DNA from: Octopus vulgaris
Taxonomy: Eukaryota
Assembly: GCA_951406725.2 (NCBI GenBank)
Contig: OX597833.1
Location: forward strand, 14,136,001 to 14,200,000
Direction of reading: 5' to 3'
DNA: 64,000 nucleotides
This document shows positions 1 through 11,050 of this stretch, one piece after another. How positions within the stretch are numbered: position 1 is the first letter of the stretch; every line of letters starts with the position of its first letter. The notes beneath the pieces were generated by a model that was not told where the DNA came from, ran no database searches, and saw only the letters and a list, made by a program, of their open reading frames with translations. Both the position numbers and the translations under genes were made by a program.

Positions 1-59
<59 letters not shown>

Positions 60-126
60 GTATATATATATATATACACATTTATATATATATACATATA
101 TACATACATACATACATACATACATG

Positions 127-169
<43 letters not shown>

Positions 170-175
<6 letters not shown>

Positions 176-390
176 ATGTGTTTGTGTGTTTGTGTTTGTC
201 CCCCCAACATCGCTTGACAACCGATGCTGGTGTGTTTACGTCTCCGTAACTTAGCGGTTCGGCAAAAGAGACCGATAGAATAAGTACCAGGCTTAATACA
301 AAGAATAAGTCCTGGAGTCGATTTGTTCGACTAAAGGCGGTACTCCAGCATGGCCGCAGTTCAATGACTGAAACAAGTAAAAGAGAGTAA
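170..390 (+). mobile_element. SINE family A, 3' half (head lies outside the window; preceded by its internal TA/TG microsatellite)
   Basis: Matches the 3' half of full copies at 10487 and 20943 (tgtttgtcccc...gacaaccgatgctgg...cagcatggccgcagt...gaaacaagtaaaagag). Confidence 0.9.
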
Positions 391-391
391 A

Positions 392-432
<41 letters not shown>

Positions 433-634
433 GTGAATGTATGCAGGAGTAAAATTTAGAGTTAATACATGCATGTCATTGGGGGTTTTGTGGCACGGAG
501 CAAAGCAGGCTTTGCTGTCCACTTAAGAAAATGCAAAGTAAATGATCTAAAAAAAAAACCAAACACTCGAGCAAACTTGTTCCATTTACCAAAATGTTGG
601 CAAAGCACCAGCAGACCTCAGGAGACGCATGCGT

Positions 635-1057
635 GGGATCTTTTCGGTTTGAACGGCAGGTTTTAACATAATTTCCACGTAGCTAAACACTTTTAAACTT
701 CGTATACTGGTAGAATGTGTTTTTCTCTTGGCTTTATTGAGAAAATTCTATAGTTTGTAAGACATTTGCTGTTTTTTTTCTTCAATTTCTGCAATTTCAA
801 CCAATCACTGACGTCTGCTGAGGTAAAAAAACATTCTGTGCCGTATGAATATGTCCCTCGTTTAAGAAACTGATTGGGTTTATTTACATTTGTGAAGAAA
901 AAAAGATACTCTTCCCTTCACCCCTAACCCTAACCCTAACTAACCCTAACCCTAAAACAGATTGAAATGCAATAGATCGATACTAGAGTCATAATTATGG
1001 GTGACAATTTCACATGACACCGCTAGAAAAAACTGCCGTTCAAACCGAAAAAATCCC
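635..1057. mobile_element. MITE / non-autonomous DNA transposon with 25-bp TIRs, 6-bp TSD and internal (CCCTAA)n
   Basis: gggatcttttcggtttgaacggcag (635-659) is the reverse complement of 1033-1057 with 1 mismatch; ATGCGT at 629-634 and 1058-1063; ccctaa repeats at about 922-955. Confidence 0.85.
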
Positions 1058-1340
1058 ATGCGTGTCCACAGAACGTGGTTAACGCTTTATTTTACTGACC
1101 GCTAATTTATCATTCCCAAAGAGAGAATCCATCGTACACATACACACACACACATACATACACGTATAAACATGATTACACGTTAAAATGCTTAATTCTG
1201 TTGGTAGAAATATTTCACTCCATGGACCTATTCAATACGTTTTCAGTTTCTTAAATAGAATGACACTTTCATAAGTGGTATGGCATAAATTATAAGGACT
1301 CATTTAATTAAAAGGATTTATTCCCTTATTTTCATTTCAT

Positions 1341-1549
1341 ACTCTTTACTCTTTTACTCTTTTACTTGTTTCAGTCATTTGACTGCGGCCATGCTGGAGC
1401 ACCGCCTTTAGCCGAGCAAATCGACCCCGGGACTTATTCTTTGTAAGCCCAGTACTTATTCTACCGGTCTCTTTTGCCGAACCGCTAAGTGACGGGGACG
1501 TAAACACACCAGCATCAGTTGTCAAGCAATGCTAGGGGGACAAACACAG

Positions 1550-1590
<41 letters not shown>

Positions 1591-1755
1591 CGACAGGCTT
1601 CTTTCAGTTTCCGTCTACCAAATCCACCCACGAGGCATTGGTCGGCCCCGGGGCTATAGCAGAAGACACTTGCCCAAGATGCCACGAAGTGGGACTGAAC
1701 CCGGAGCCATGTGGCTGGTTAGCAAGCTACTTACCACACAGCCACTCCTGCGCCT
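1341..1755 (-). mobile_element. SINE family A, full length (tRNA-like head, CORE-like segment, internal microsatellite)
   Basis: Minus strand begins ggcgcaggagtggctgtgtgg (A box) ... gggttcagtccc (B box) ... cttgggcaagtgtctt; ends in a (gagtaaaa)n tail. Confidence 0.92.
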
Positions 1756-2218
1756 ATACTTTAAAAATATTTTCTTTTGTGACACTTTTGCGGATATTTT
1801 ATTCCAAACACTTTCTTCTCTCCGTGTCACGAGTCGAATCGTTTCTTCATAGAAATAAATTTCCACTTTTTATTCAGTTCAACACTTAACAACAAAACCC
1901 ATTTTTCTTTTTTCACTACAATTTTCTATTAATAACTTTAAATGTTTCTTCATTTCTTTGAGTATCAATCACTTAACCTTTACGAAAATATTGATTGCCA
2001 CGTTTTATTCGCTTATTTGTATTCCATTTTCCTAATTTAATATTTTTTTGCGATATTTTTGCACTAATTTGCTTCAAGTATTTGTTTGCGTACATGTCAA
2101 CCGCGGGAACATTTTTATTGAAATTCTTTCATTGTCATTTTAATTAAAGAAATTAGCGAAACTCGATTCTTCTTTTATCGATAGAATACCATTCAATTTC
2201 AATATTTGTTTAGTTCAA

Positions 2219-2890
2219 GGCGGCAGAAACGTAAGCACGCCGGACGAAATTTTTAGTGGTATTTCGTCTGTCTTTATGTTCTGAGTTCAAATTCCGCCGA
2301 GGTCAATATCCTGTCGCGGTCGATAAATTACGCACTGGCGTCGATGTAATCGACTTGATACCTATGTCTGTCCTTGTTTGTCTACTCTATGTCTAGCCCC
2401 TTGTGGGTAATAAAGAAATAGGTATTTCGTCTGTCTTTACGTTCTGAGTTCAAATTCCGCCGAGGTCGACTTTGCATTTTATACTTTCAGGGTCGATAAA
2501 TTAAGTAGCAGTTGCATACTGGGGCTGATCTAATCGACTAGCCCCCCCCCCCAAATTTCGGGCCTCTTGCCTAGATTAGAAAAGAATATTTGCTTAGTTC
2601 AAGGAGGTGAGCTGGTAGAAACGTTAGTACGCCGGGCGAAATGCTTAGCGGTATTTCGTCTGCCGTTACGTTCTGAGTTCAAATGCCACCGAGGTCGACT
2701 TTGCCTTTCATCTTTTCGGGGTCGATAAATTAAGTACCAGTTACGCAATGGGGGTCGATGTAATCGACTTAATCCGTTTGTCTGTCCTTGTTTGTCCTCT
2801 CTGTGTTTAGCCCTTTGTGGGTGGTAAAAAAATAAGTATTTCGTCTGCCGCTACGTTCTGAGTTCAAATTCCGCCGAGGTCGACTTTGCC
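2219..2890 (+). mobile_element. SINE family B cluster: two heads, each followed by tandem units
   Basis: Heads at about 2219 and 2603 (ggcagaaacgttagcacgccgg-like), B box gagttcaaattcc, junctions aaata(g/a)gtatttcgtc; flank aatatttg(t/c)ttagttcaagg duplicated at 2201 and 2585. Confidence 0.88.
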
Positions 2891-3056
2891 CACGCTGTGG
2901 GACTGAACCCAGAACCATGTGGCTGTGAAGCAGGTTTCTTACCACAGAGGAATTTAAATTAAAGAGTGAATAGAATACATATATTCTATTTTTCAGAATA
3001 CATATATAGAATACATTTAATAGAATATATATATAATATCCTATGTTTAATAGGAT

Positions 3057-3368
3057 GGAGGCGCAATGGCCCAGTGGTTAGGGCAGCGGACTTGCAGTTG
3101 TAGGATCGCGGTTTCCATTCCCAATCCGGGCGTTGTGAGTGTTTATTGGGCGAAAACACCTGAAAAGCTCCACGAGGCTCCGGCAGGGGATGGTGGCGAT
3201 CCCTGCTGTACTCTTTCACCACAACTTTCTCTCACTCTATCTTCTGTTGGCCTGCTCGCATAGCCAGCGGGGTGGCGTCATTTGAAGGCTAAAACAATGC
3301 GAAGCGCATTGTGACCAGCGATGTGTAGCAACTTCTGATAGCCTGGTCGGTCACGGTGATCACGGTAT
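3057..3368 (+). mobile_element. SINE family C (tRNA-Arg-like head) with tail type II
   Basis: ggaggcgcaatggcccagtggttagggcagcggac head; tail gcctgctcgc...gtgaccagcgatgtgtagcaac...ggtcacggtgat; near-identical to 45037-45358. Confidence 0.88.
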
Positions 3369-3377
3369 CATATATTC

Positions 3378-4590
3378 AAAGCACCATCCGTTCGTGGCCG
3401 TTTGCCAGCTCTGTCTGGCCCCCGTGCCGGTGACACGTAAAAGCACCATCCGTTCGTGGCCGTTTGCCAGCCTCGCCTGGCCCCCATGCCGGTGACACGT
3501 AAAAGCACCATCCGTTCGTGGCCGTTTGCCAGCTCTGTCTGGCCCCCGTGTCGGTGGCACGTAAAAGCACCATCCGTTCGAGTCCGTTGCCAGCCTCGCC
3601 TGGCCCCCGTGCCGGTGACACGTAAAAGCACCATCCGTTCGTGGCCGTTTGCCAGCTCTGTCTGGCCCCCGTGCCGCATAGCCAGCCTCATCTGGCCCCC
3701 ATGCCGGTGACACGTAAAAGCACCATCCGTTCGTGGCCGTTTGCCAGCCTCGCCTGGCCCCCGTGCCGGTGACACGTAAAAGCACCATCCGTTCGTGGCC
3801 GTTTGCCAGCTCTGTCTGGCCCCCGTGCCGGTGACACGTAAAAGCACCATCCGTTCGTGGCCGTTTGCCAGCCTCGCCTGGCCCCCGTGCCGGTGACACG
3901 TAAAAGCACCATCCGTTCGTGGCCGTTTGCCAGCTCTGTCTGGCCCCCGTGTCGGTGGCACGTAAAAGCACCATCCGTTCGAGTCCGTTGCCAGCCTCGC
4001 CTGGCCCCCGTGCCGGTGACACGTAAAAGCACCATCCGTTCGTGGCCGTTTGCCAGCTCTGTCTGGCCCCCGTGCCGGTGACACGTAAAAGCACCATCCG
4101 TTCGTGGCCGTTTGCCAGCCTCGCCTGGCCCCCGTGCCGGTGTCACGTAAAAGCACCATCCGTTCGTGTCCGTTGCCAGCCTCATCTGGCCCCCGTGCCG
4201 GTGACACGTAAAAGCACCATCCGTTCGTGGCCGTTTGCCAGCTCTGTCTGGCCCCCGTGTCGGTGGCACGTAAAAGCACCATCCGTTCGAGTCCGTTGCC
4301 AGCCTCGCCTGGCCCCCGTGCCGGTGACACGTAAAAGCACCATCCGTTCGTGGCCGTTTGCCAGCTCTGTCTGGCCCCCGTGCCGGTGACACGTAAAAGC
4401 ACCATCCGTTCGTGGCCGTTTGCCAGCCTCGCCTGGCCCCCGTGCCGGTGACACGTAAAAGCACCATCCGTTCGTGGCCGTTTGCCAGCCTCGCCTGGCC
4501 CCCATGCCGGTGACACGTAAAAGCACCATCCGTTCGTGGCCGTTTGCCAGCTCTGTCTGGCACCTGTGCGGGTGGCACGTAAAAAGCACC
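3378..4590 (+). repeat. GC-rich 61-62-bp tandem array (about 19-20 units)
   Basis: Unit aaagcaccatccgttcgtggccgtttgccagNNNNNNctggcccccgtgccggtgacacgta starts at 3378, 3440, 3502, 3564, 3625 and onward. Confidence 0.97.
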
Positions 4591-4760
4591 CGCTACACTC
4601 ACGGAGTGGTTGGCGTTAGGAAGGGCATCCAGCCGTAGAAACACTGCCAGATCAGACTGGGCCTGTTGCAGCCTCCTGGCTTCCCAGACACCGGTCGAAC
4701 CGTCCAACCCATGCTAGCATGGAAAGCGGACGCTAAATGATGATGATGATGATGATGATG
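4590..4760 (+). mobile_element. Retroposon 3' end (RTE-like 3' UTR or SINE tail) ending in (TGA)n, contiguous with the 62-bp array
   Basis: ggttggcgttaggaagggcatccagccgtagaaac...gctaaa(tga)n; atattc flanks both the array start and the tail end (possible TSD). Family assignment is from recall. Confidence 0.65.
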
Positions 4761-5027
4761 ATATTCTATTTCTACATAATGCTATTTTCTTTTCTTCATT
4801 TCTGTGAGATAAAGTTCTAAAAATCCCTAATTGTCGTGAACAGCATTATTCTGTCCCCCTTTTCATGTATTTAACTGCTTTTAAGTGTGGTGCCCGTTCA
4901 ATATTTTTTTTTTAGCCGAACCGTTGTTACAGGGACGCAAACAAACCAACACTAGTTGTCAAGTGTCGTGGGGAGAAACATAAAGACACGTACATACAGA
5001 CATCCATATATACACATGCATACACTC

Positions 5028-5044
5028 ATCTATCTATCTATCAA

Positions 5045-5104
<60 letters not shown>

Positions 5105-5291
5105 GTCTGTCTGTCTGTCTGTTTATCTGTCTGTCTGTCTATTTACCTACCTACCTACCTACCTACCTACCTACCTACCTACCTACCTACCTCCCTACCT
5201 ATCTTATTTACCTATCGGATTTACCTATCTATCTATCTATCTATCTAATCTATCTATCTATCTATCTATCTATCTATTTACCTAACTACAG

Positions 5292-5353
<62 letters not shown>

Positions 5354-5367
5354 TTACCTAACTACAG

Positions 5368-5460
<93 letters not shown>
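5028..5460. repeat. Compound (ATCT)n/(GTCT)n/(ACCT)n/(TG)n microsatellite
   Basis: Direct inspection. Confidence 0.95.
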
Positions 5461-5464
<4 letters not shown>

Positions 5465-5802
5465 TGTATCTATGCTTTTATGCCGGTATGCAAGTACATA
5501 AAATTTAATTTTCTTCAGTTTTAATTTCTGCAAAGACTACCTCAATGCGGAAGCAGTGACTAATGCCAAGTCGTAGCCGTGGGATTAGCAGTCTGTTGAA
5601 ATTTCGTGCAGACGAATCTCGGTTTGTGATTAAAAGCTGAACCGACCAACTCAGCACTCATTTAATGAATTCAACAGTCATGTGACCAGACAATAACCTC
5701 CTTCTGCTAAGACCCCAAGGATTTTCCAGTTTGGCTTTTTAATTGAACAAATGCTTGTTTTCTATTTTTTTATTACTTATATTTTCGCCTCGACTGATAT
5801 CA

Positions 5803-6112
5803 TTCTTCTTCTTCTTCTTCTTCTCCTTCTTCTTCTTCTTCTTCTTCTTCTTCTTCTTCTTCTTCTTCTTCTTCTTCTTCTTCTTCTTCTTCTTCTTCTT
5901 CTTCTTCTTCTTCTTCTTCTTCTTCTTCTTCGTCGTCGTCTTCTTCTTCTTCGACGTCTTCTTCTTCTTCTTCTTCTTCTTCTTCTTCGTCGTCGTCTTC
6001 TTCTTCTTCTTCTTCTTCTTCTTCTTCTTCTTCTTCTTCGACGTCGTCGTCTTCTTCTTCTTCTTCTTCTTCTTCTTCTTCTTCTTCTTCTTCTTCTTCT
6101 TCTTCTTCTTCT
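5803..6112. repeat. (TTC)n microsatellite of about 310 bp with GTC interruptions
   Basis: Direct inspection; source of the poly-E, poly-L and poly-F ORFs. Confidence 0.97.
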
Positions 6113-6137
6113 ATAATAATAATAATAATAATTTCTG

Positions 6138-6510
6138 TCGAGCTGGCAGAAACGTTAGCACGCCGGGTGAAATGCTTAGCGATATTTTGTCTGCCGCTAC
6201 GTTCTGCGTTCAAATTCCGCCGAGGTCGACTTTGCCTTTCATCCTTTCGGGGTCAATTAAATAAGTACCAGTTACGACTTAATCCGTTTGTCTGTCCTTG
6301 TTTGTCCCTTCTGTGTTGAGCCCCTTGTGGGTAGTAAAGAAATAGGTATTTCGTTTGTCTTTGCGTCCTGAGTTCAAATTCCGCAGAGGTCGACTTTGCT
6401 TTTCTTCCTTTCGGGGTCGATGAAATAAGTACCAATCAAGTGCTGGGATCGATGTAATCGATTTATCCTCCCCCCACAAAATTTCAGGCCTTGTGCCTAT
6501 AGTAGAAAGG
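6138..6510 (+). mobile_element. SINE family B dimer ending in the alternative tail (ggccttgtgcctatagtagaaagg) followed by (ATT)n
   Basis: Head cgagctggcagaaacgttagc; junction gaaataggtatttcg at about 6340. Confidence 0.88.
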
Positions 6511-6558
<48 letters not shown>

Positions 6559-6560
6559 TT

Positions 6561-7540
6561 TATTTTATGCTTGACTTTTGCTTTACATTTGTACACTTCT
6601 TCTTTTGATGGGACAGACTTTAGAGTAACTGGTGCTTTCCCTATCTTCATGTAAAACTTTTTGGGGTCATTTTTGAACATGTTGTTGTCCTTGAAGAATC
6701 TAACACGCTTCTCATACCTTGCTATGCGGGCATCTTTAACACATATCTTTTGCTTGATGGTTTCTATGGTGGCATCAATGTCAAGTATGCTTTTCATATT
6801 ATATTTTTTCTTTAATTTTCGGGTTTTTGTAGGTTTGGTAGTCTTGCCAAACTTAAGGTTTTTCAGACATTCTATGTCAGACCTAAGTAGCTTAATTTGG
6901 TGTCGAATACGCTCTTGCCAAGAAGGCTTTTTGTTGGAATGTTGCTGTTTTCTTATATTTTCCCCACATAGAATCGTTGAGATTTTCGAGGATGCATAGT
7001 ACAGGTGGTTGAGATCTGTGATATCAACATCATTAGCTGAAATTATAACCTTAAGTGCAAGGCGGATTTTACCAATTATTTTCAGGTTTTGGTTAGAATT
7101 GCAGATTTTTGGGTGAGTATCGCGTTCATCCATACTGGTTTCTTTAATGTTCAGCCATTCAGTCATGATTTGATTTTTTAGATCATCTAGTTCAGTTGGG
7201 TCAATATTTGTGTGACTTTCTTCATCTATTTGATTTTCATCTGTCTTAGTGTTTATGGTTGGTACAGAGAGTATTTCACTTTGCCTATCAATTACATTAA
7301 CTCTTTGAATCATTACTGCGTTTTTATCAGCCCTGGGCTGGTCTATAATTATTTCCTCTGTAGTATCTTCTTTAGCTGCAGCTTCGTTCCTATACATTAC
7401 TGCTTGTTTAATTTGGTCAATCTCTACTTCAGTCAGTAATTTTTTCTTCATAATGTTTCTTCTGATGTTGGCAAGTTTGTTACTGTCTATGTAGGGTCTT
7501 ACTTCAGGGTATTTCTGTCTCCAATTTAATTAGGTTTGTA
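6561..7540 (-). mobile_element. R4/Dong-like non-LTR retrotransposon fragment: pre-RT N-terminal ORF fused to the element 3' terminus
   Basis: WRQKYPEVRPYIDSNKLANIRRNIMKKKLL...KPSWQERIRHQIKLLRSDI...ARIARYEKRVRFFKDNNMFKNDPKKFY is typical of the R4 pre-RT region; ends in gtacaaatgtaaagcaaaagtcaagcat plus (TAA)n. Confidence 0.8.
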
Positions 7541-7549
7541 TTATTATTA

Positions 7550-7620
<71 letters not shown>

Positions 7621-7759
7621 TAAGAAGCAATAAGAAGAATGCAACAGTTATCGAATGAACAATATTTCGATACTTCGTGTGTCTTCCACAAGTTCAAAAT
7701 AAACATATCAATTTACTTCATTTTGGTAATATTTAAAGGTTTGTTGTTACTCATCCAGA

Positions 7760-7821
<62 letters not shown>

Positions 7822-7822
<1 letters not shown>

Positions 7823-8213
7823 TACCATTTTTTCCCTTCTTTCTTCAGATTTTCTACCGTTTCTCGCCGAGTGCTTTCCGTACACCTTGGGCAGAGAAGC
7901 TCATTGAATGCATTCCCAGATTACACGCGCAAATTCACAGGTAAAATACGTATTTAAAAATTGATAAATAAATAAATTCATGGATGGATGTTGATTTCAC
8001 AGCGATAATGCTCTTCCCAGTACACGAGCCGTTCCAGTTAATACGATTTTTTGCACTTCCTGTAGGGATGGTAAGCCTGGTATCATTTTCAAATAGGTTT
8101 CAGTACCTTTTTTTTTATTATTCCTAGAGATCCTACAATCACTGGTACTGTAGTCGCCTTGAGATGCCACATTTTTTCAATTTCTATTAGCAAGTCTCTA
8201 TATTTACTGATCT
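7822..8213 (-). mobile_element. R4/Dong-like 3' fragment (second subfamily): RLE nuclease C-terminus plus 3' UTR
   Basis: Manual translation KISKYRDLLIEIEKMWHLKATTVPVIVGSLGII..[frameshift]..IPGLPSLQEVQKIVLTGTARVLGRALSL*; flanked by (TAA)n. Confidence 0.82.
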
Positions 8214-8235
8214 TATTATTATTATTATTATTATT

Positions 8236-8662
8236 CTATGTTTGACTTTTGCTTTATATTTGTACAAGTTGGCTCCAAGTCTCACCCAGAGACCTCAAGA
8301 GACAACAGGTTGGAAGTTCACGTTGTTGTTATGCCTAGTGTGCCATATATATGGTTTTTTTTTGGTGTTGTACTAGTGAATGTCTAATACACAGATTTAA
8401 AAAAAAAAAAGTTTGTTTTAAACCTTGGGATTGCATAGAGAGTATTTTGCGTAGGATATGAGCAGTTCCCATGAGCACTATCTTTTGAATTTCTGCCATT
8501 TTGGGGTTTCCTGGTATCTGAGTTAGGTAGCAATCAGCCCCTTTCGCTATCATTCCCAGGGCACCTATGACAACAGGTATTGTTTTAGCCTTCAGCTTCC
8601 ACATTTTGCTGATTTCTATTTCAAGATCTTTATATTTGCTCAGTTTTTGGTAGGTCTTGACA
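8236..8662 (-). mobile_element. R4/Dong-like 5'-truncated 3' end (same family as 58818-60360)
   Basis: KTYQKLSKYKDLEIEISKMWKLKAKTIPVVIGALG...MGTAHILRKILSM; near-identical to 59935-60360; flanked by (TAA)n. Confidence 0.9.
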
Positions 8663-8726
<64 letters not shown>

Positions 8727-8856
8727 GAGTGAGCGAGCAGAGCATGCCATCAAAGTGACACTGGGTTAAAATATACGAAGCCCAGTATACCCATCATGAC
8801 TACCCGTCTGATAAGGGTACACCAGGCACATGCATCACAACCATATGTGCGCGACA
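8727..8856 (-). mobile_element. Short non-coding insert in (TAA)n, probably the 3' UTR of another TAA-associated retroposon
   Basis: 130 bp of complex sequence bounded on both sides by ATT repeats; no ORF, so identity is inferred. Confidence 0.5.
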
Positions 8857-8920
8857 TTATTATTATTATTATTATTAATATTATTATTATTATTATTAAT
8901 ATTATTATTATTATTATTAA

Positions 8921-8990
<70 letters not shown>

Positions 8991-9264
8991 CAATTAATTA
9001 ATTAATTAATATAGGTGACCAGCTGGTGGAATTGACAGCACACCGGGCAAAATGCTTTCCTCCGTCGTTTTGTTCTGATTTCAAATTTCCCGAAGATCAA
9101 CAATCCCTTTTATCCTGTCGGGTGTCTATACAATAAATCCCATATGGGGCACTGAGGTTGATGTAATCGACTTACGTTAACCCTTAAAGTCTCTGCTCTC
9201 ATCCCCCAAAACTGGCAAAATCGTCAGAGTGTGCGAGATTAAACGTTTTATTACTTAACAACCA

Positions 9265-9571
9265 CACAGTTATACATGCACCTCACAGCCATGCCTGCGC
9301 CTGACTGCCATGCCTGCGCCTGACAGCCATGCCTGCGTCTGACAGCCATGCCGGTGCTTGACAGCCATGCCTACGCCTGACAGCCATGCCTGTGCTTGAC
9401 AGCCATGCCTGCGCTTCACAACTATGCCTGCACCTCACATCTATACCTGCACCTCACAGCCATGCATGTACTCGAGTGCCACGAATACGCTTGATAGCCA
9501 TTCATGTGTCTGACAGCCATTCATGCATCGCCTCACAATCATGTCAGTGCCTTACAGTCATGCCTGCGCCT
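9265..9571. repeat. 19-bp minisatellite (about 16 units) derived from the SINE-A 5' end
   Basis: Unit acagccatgcctgcgcctg resembles the reverse complement of the SINE-A start aggcgcaggagtggctgtg. Confidence 0.85.
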
Positions 9572-9714
9572 CGTACTTTATATATTAAAAAAAAGATTCA
9601 GCGGTGGTGCCCCAGCATGGCCGCGGCCTTCGGGCTAAAACATTTTTAAGGATTTAAGGATTTATATCCATTAATATTCCTCAGCTGGGTTGCTTTTTAT
9701 AACATATTTTTTCG

Positions 9715-9873
9715 CTATGGACTTAAAAAGTTAGCTTTGGAATCACATGATTTAGGGATCAATCCCACAACACAACACCTTGGGCAAGTGTCTTCTACTA
9801 TATCTGCATGGTGACCAATGCTTTGTGGGTGAATTTGGTAGACGGAAAGCGTGCAGAAGCCCATCGATTATCG

Positions 9874-9905
<32 letters not shown>

Positions 9906-9991
9906 TGGATGTATGTATGTATGTATGTATGTATGTATGTATGTATGTATGTATGCATGTATTTTTATATGTATGTATGCATGTATGTATG

Positions 9992-10027
<36 letters not shown>

Positions 10028-10033
10028 TATATG

Positions 10034-10067
<34 letters not shown>

Positions 10068-10305
10068 TGTATGTATGTATGTATGTGTCTTTGTCTAAGT
10101 GTGTGTCTCCCCCAGTCGCTTGGCAACCAGTGTTAGTTTGTTTACGTTCCCGTAACTTAAGCGGTTCTGCAAAAGTGACGATCTAGAATAAGTACCAGAC
10201 TTGAAAAACAAATAGGTGGCTGGGGGTCAATTTGTTAGACTAAAACTCTTGAATACAGTGCCCCAGCATGGCCGTAGTCTAATGATTGAAGTATATAAAA
10301 GCTAA
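9715..10305 (+). mobile_element. Older SINE-A-like copy with an internal (TATG)n
   Basis: ccttgggcaagtgtcttctactata ... cccagcatggccgtagtctaatgattgaa. Confidence 0.8.
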
Positions 10306-10486
10306 ATGATAACCGATACAAGCTAAATCAACTATTGACATAATTGGAGAATGTAAAAACCGGTCAGATCGTTTTGGTTGTTCGTGGTAGCTTCATAACT
10401 ATAACTCAACTATGGTGTACCACAACAGATTTTAAACTAGGATACAGCCATTATTTTTGACTTAGGTCTAAACTCATAACATACAT

Positions 10487-10658
10487 AGGCGCGGGAGTGG
10501 CTGTGTGGTAAGTAGCTTGCTTACCAACCACATGGTTCCGGGTTCAGTCCCACTGCGTGGCATCTTGGGCAAGTGTCTTCTGCTATAGCCCCGGGCCGAC
10601 CAATGCCTTGTGAGTGGATTTGGTAGACGGAAACTGAAAGAAGCTTGTCGTATATATA

Positions 10659-10709
<51 letters not shown>

Positions 10710-11050
10710 TGTTTTTGTTTTTCCAGTTTCAGCTCTTGAGCTGTGGCCATGCTGGGGCACCGCCATTGTGGTGAAACCACTAGGCCATTGCGCCTCTACG
10801 CATATATATATGTGTGTATATGTGTGTGTTTGTTTGTGTGTTTGTCCCCCTAGCATTGCTTGACAACCGATGCTGGTGTGTTTACGTCCCCGTCACGTAG
10901 CGGTTCGGCAAAAGATACCGATAGAATAAGTACTGGGCTTACAAAGAATAAGTGCCGGGGTCGATTTGCTCGACTAAAGGCGGTGCTCCAGCATGGCCGC
11001 AGTCAAATGACTCAAACAAGTAAAAGAGTAAAAGTAAAAGTAAAAGTAAA
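10487..11050 (+). mobile_element. SINE family A full length, with an inverted 100-bp mini-element in its microsatellite
   Basis: Head ggcgcgggagtggctgtgtgg; tail (gtaaaa)n; insert at 10701-10799. Confidence 0.92.

Noticed and set aside
922-955. Chromosome-end telomere or fusion scar
   Set aside because: Only about 5 units, located inside a TIR/TSD-bounded element.
3057-3130. tRNA-like sequences at SINE heads
   Set aside because: A and B boxes are present but they continue into SINE bodies with tails and TSDs; no complete cloverleaf.
3378-4590. Resemblance of the unit (ccagcctcgcctggc...gccgg) to an HDV-like ribozyme or a CRISPR repeat
   Set aside because: Could not build the P1/P2 pseudoknot; no unique spacers and no cas genes.
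3360-4707. Long ORFs (245-382 aa) on the minus strand
   Set aside because: Translations of the 62-bp tandem array cycling through frames; no domain evidence.
5743-6264. Poly-F, poly-L and poly-E ORFs (also poly-I, YI, CV and MYVC ORFs throughout)
   Set aside because: Microsatellite translations.
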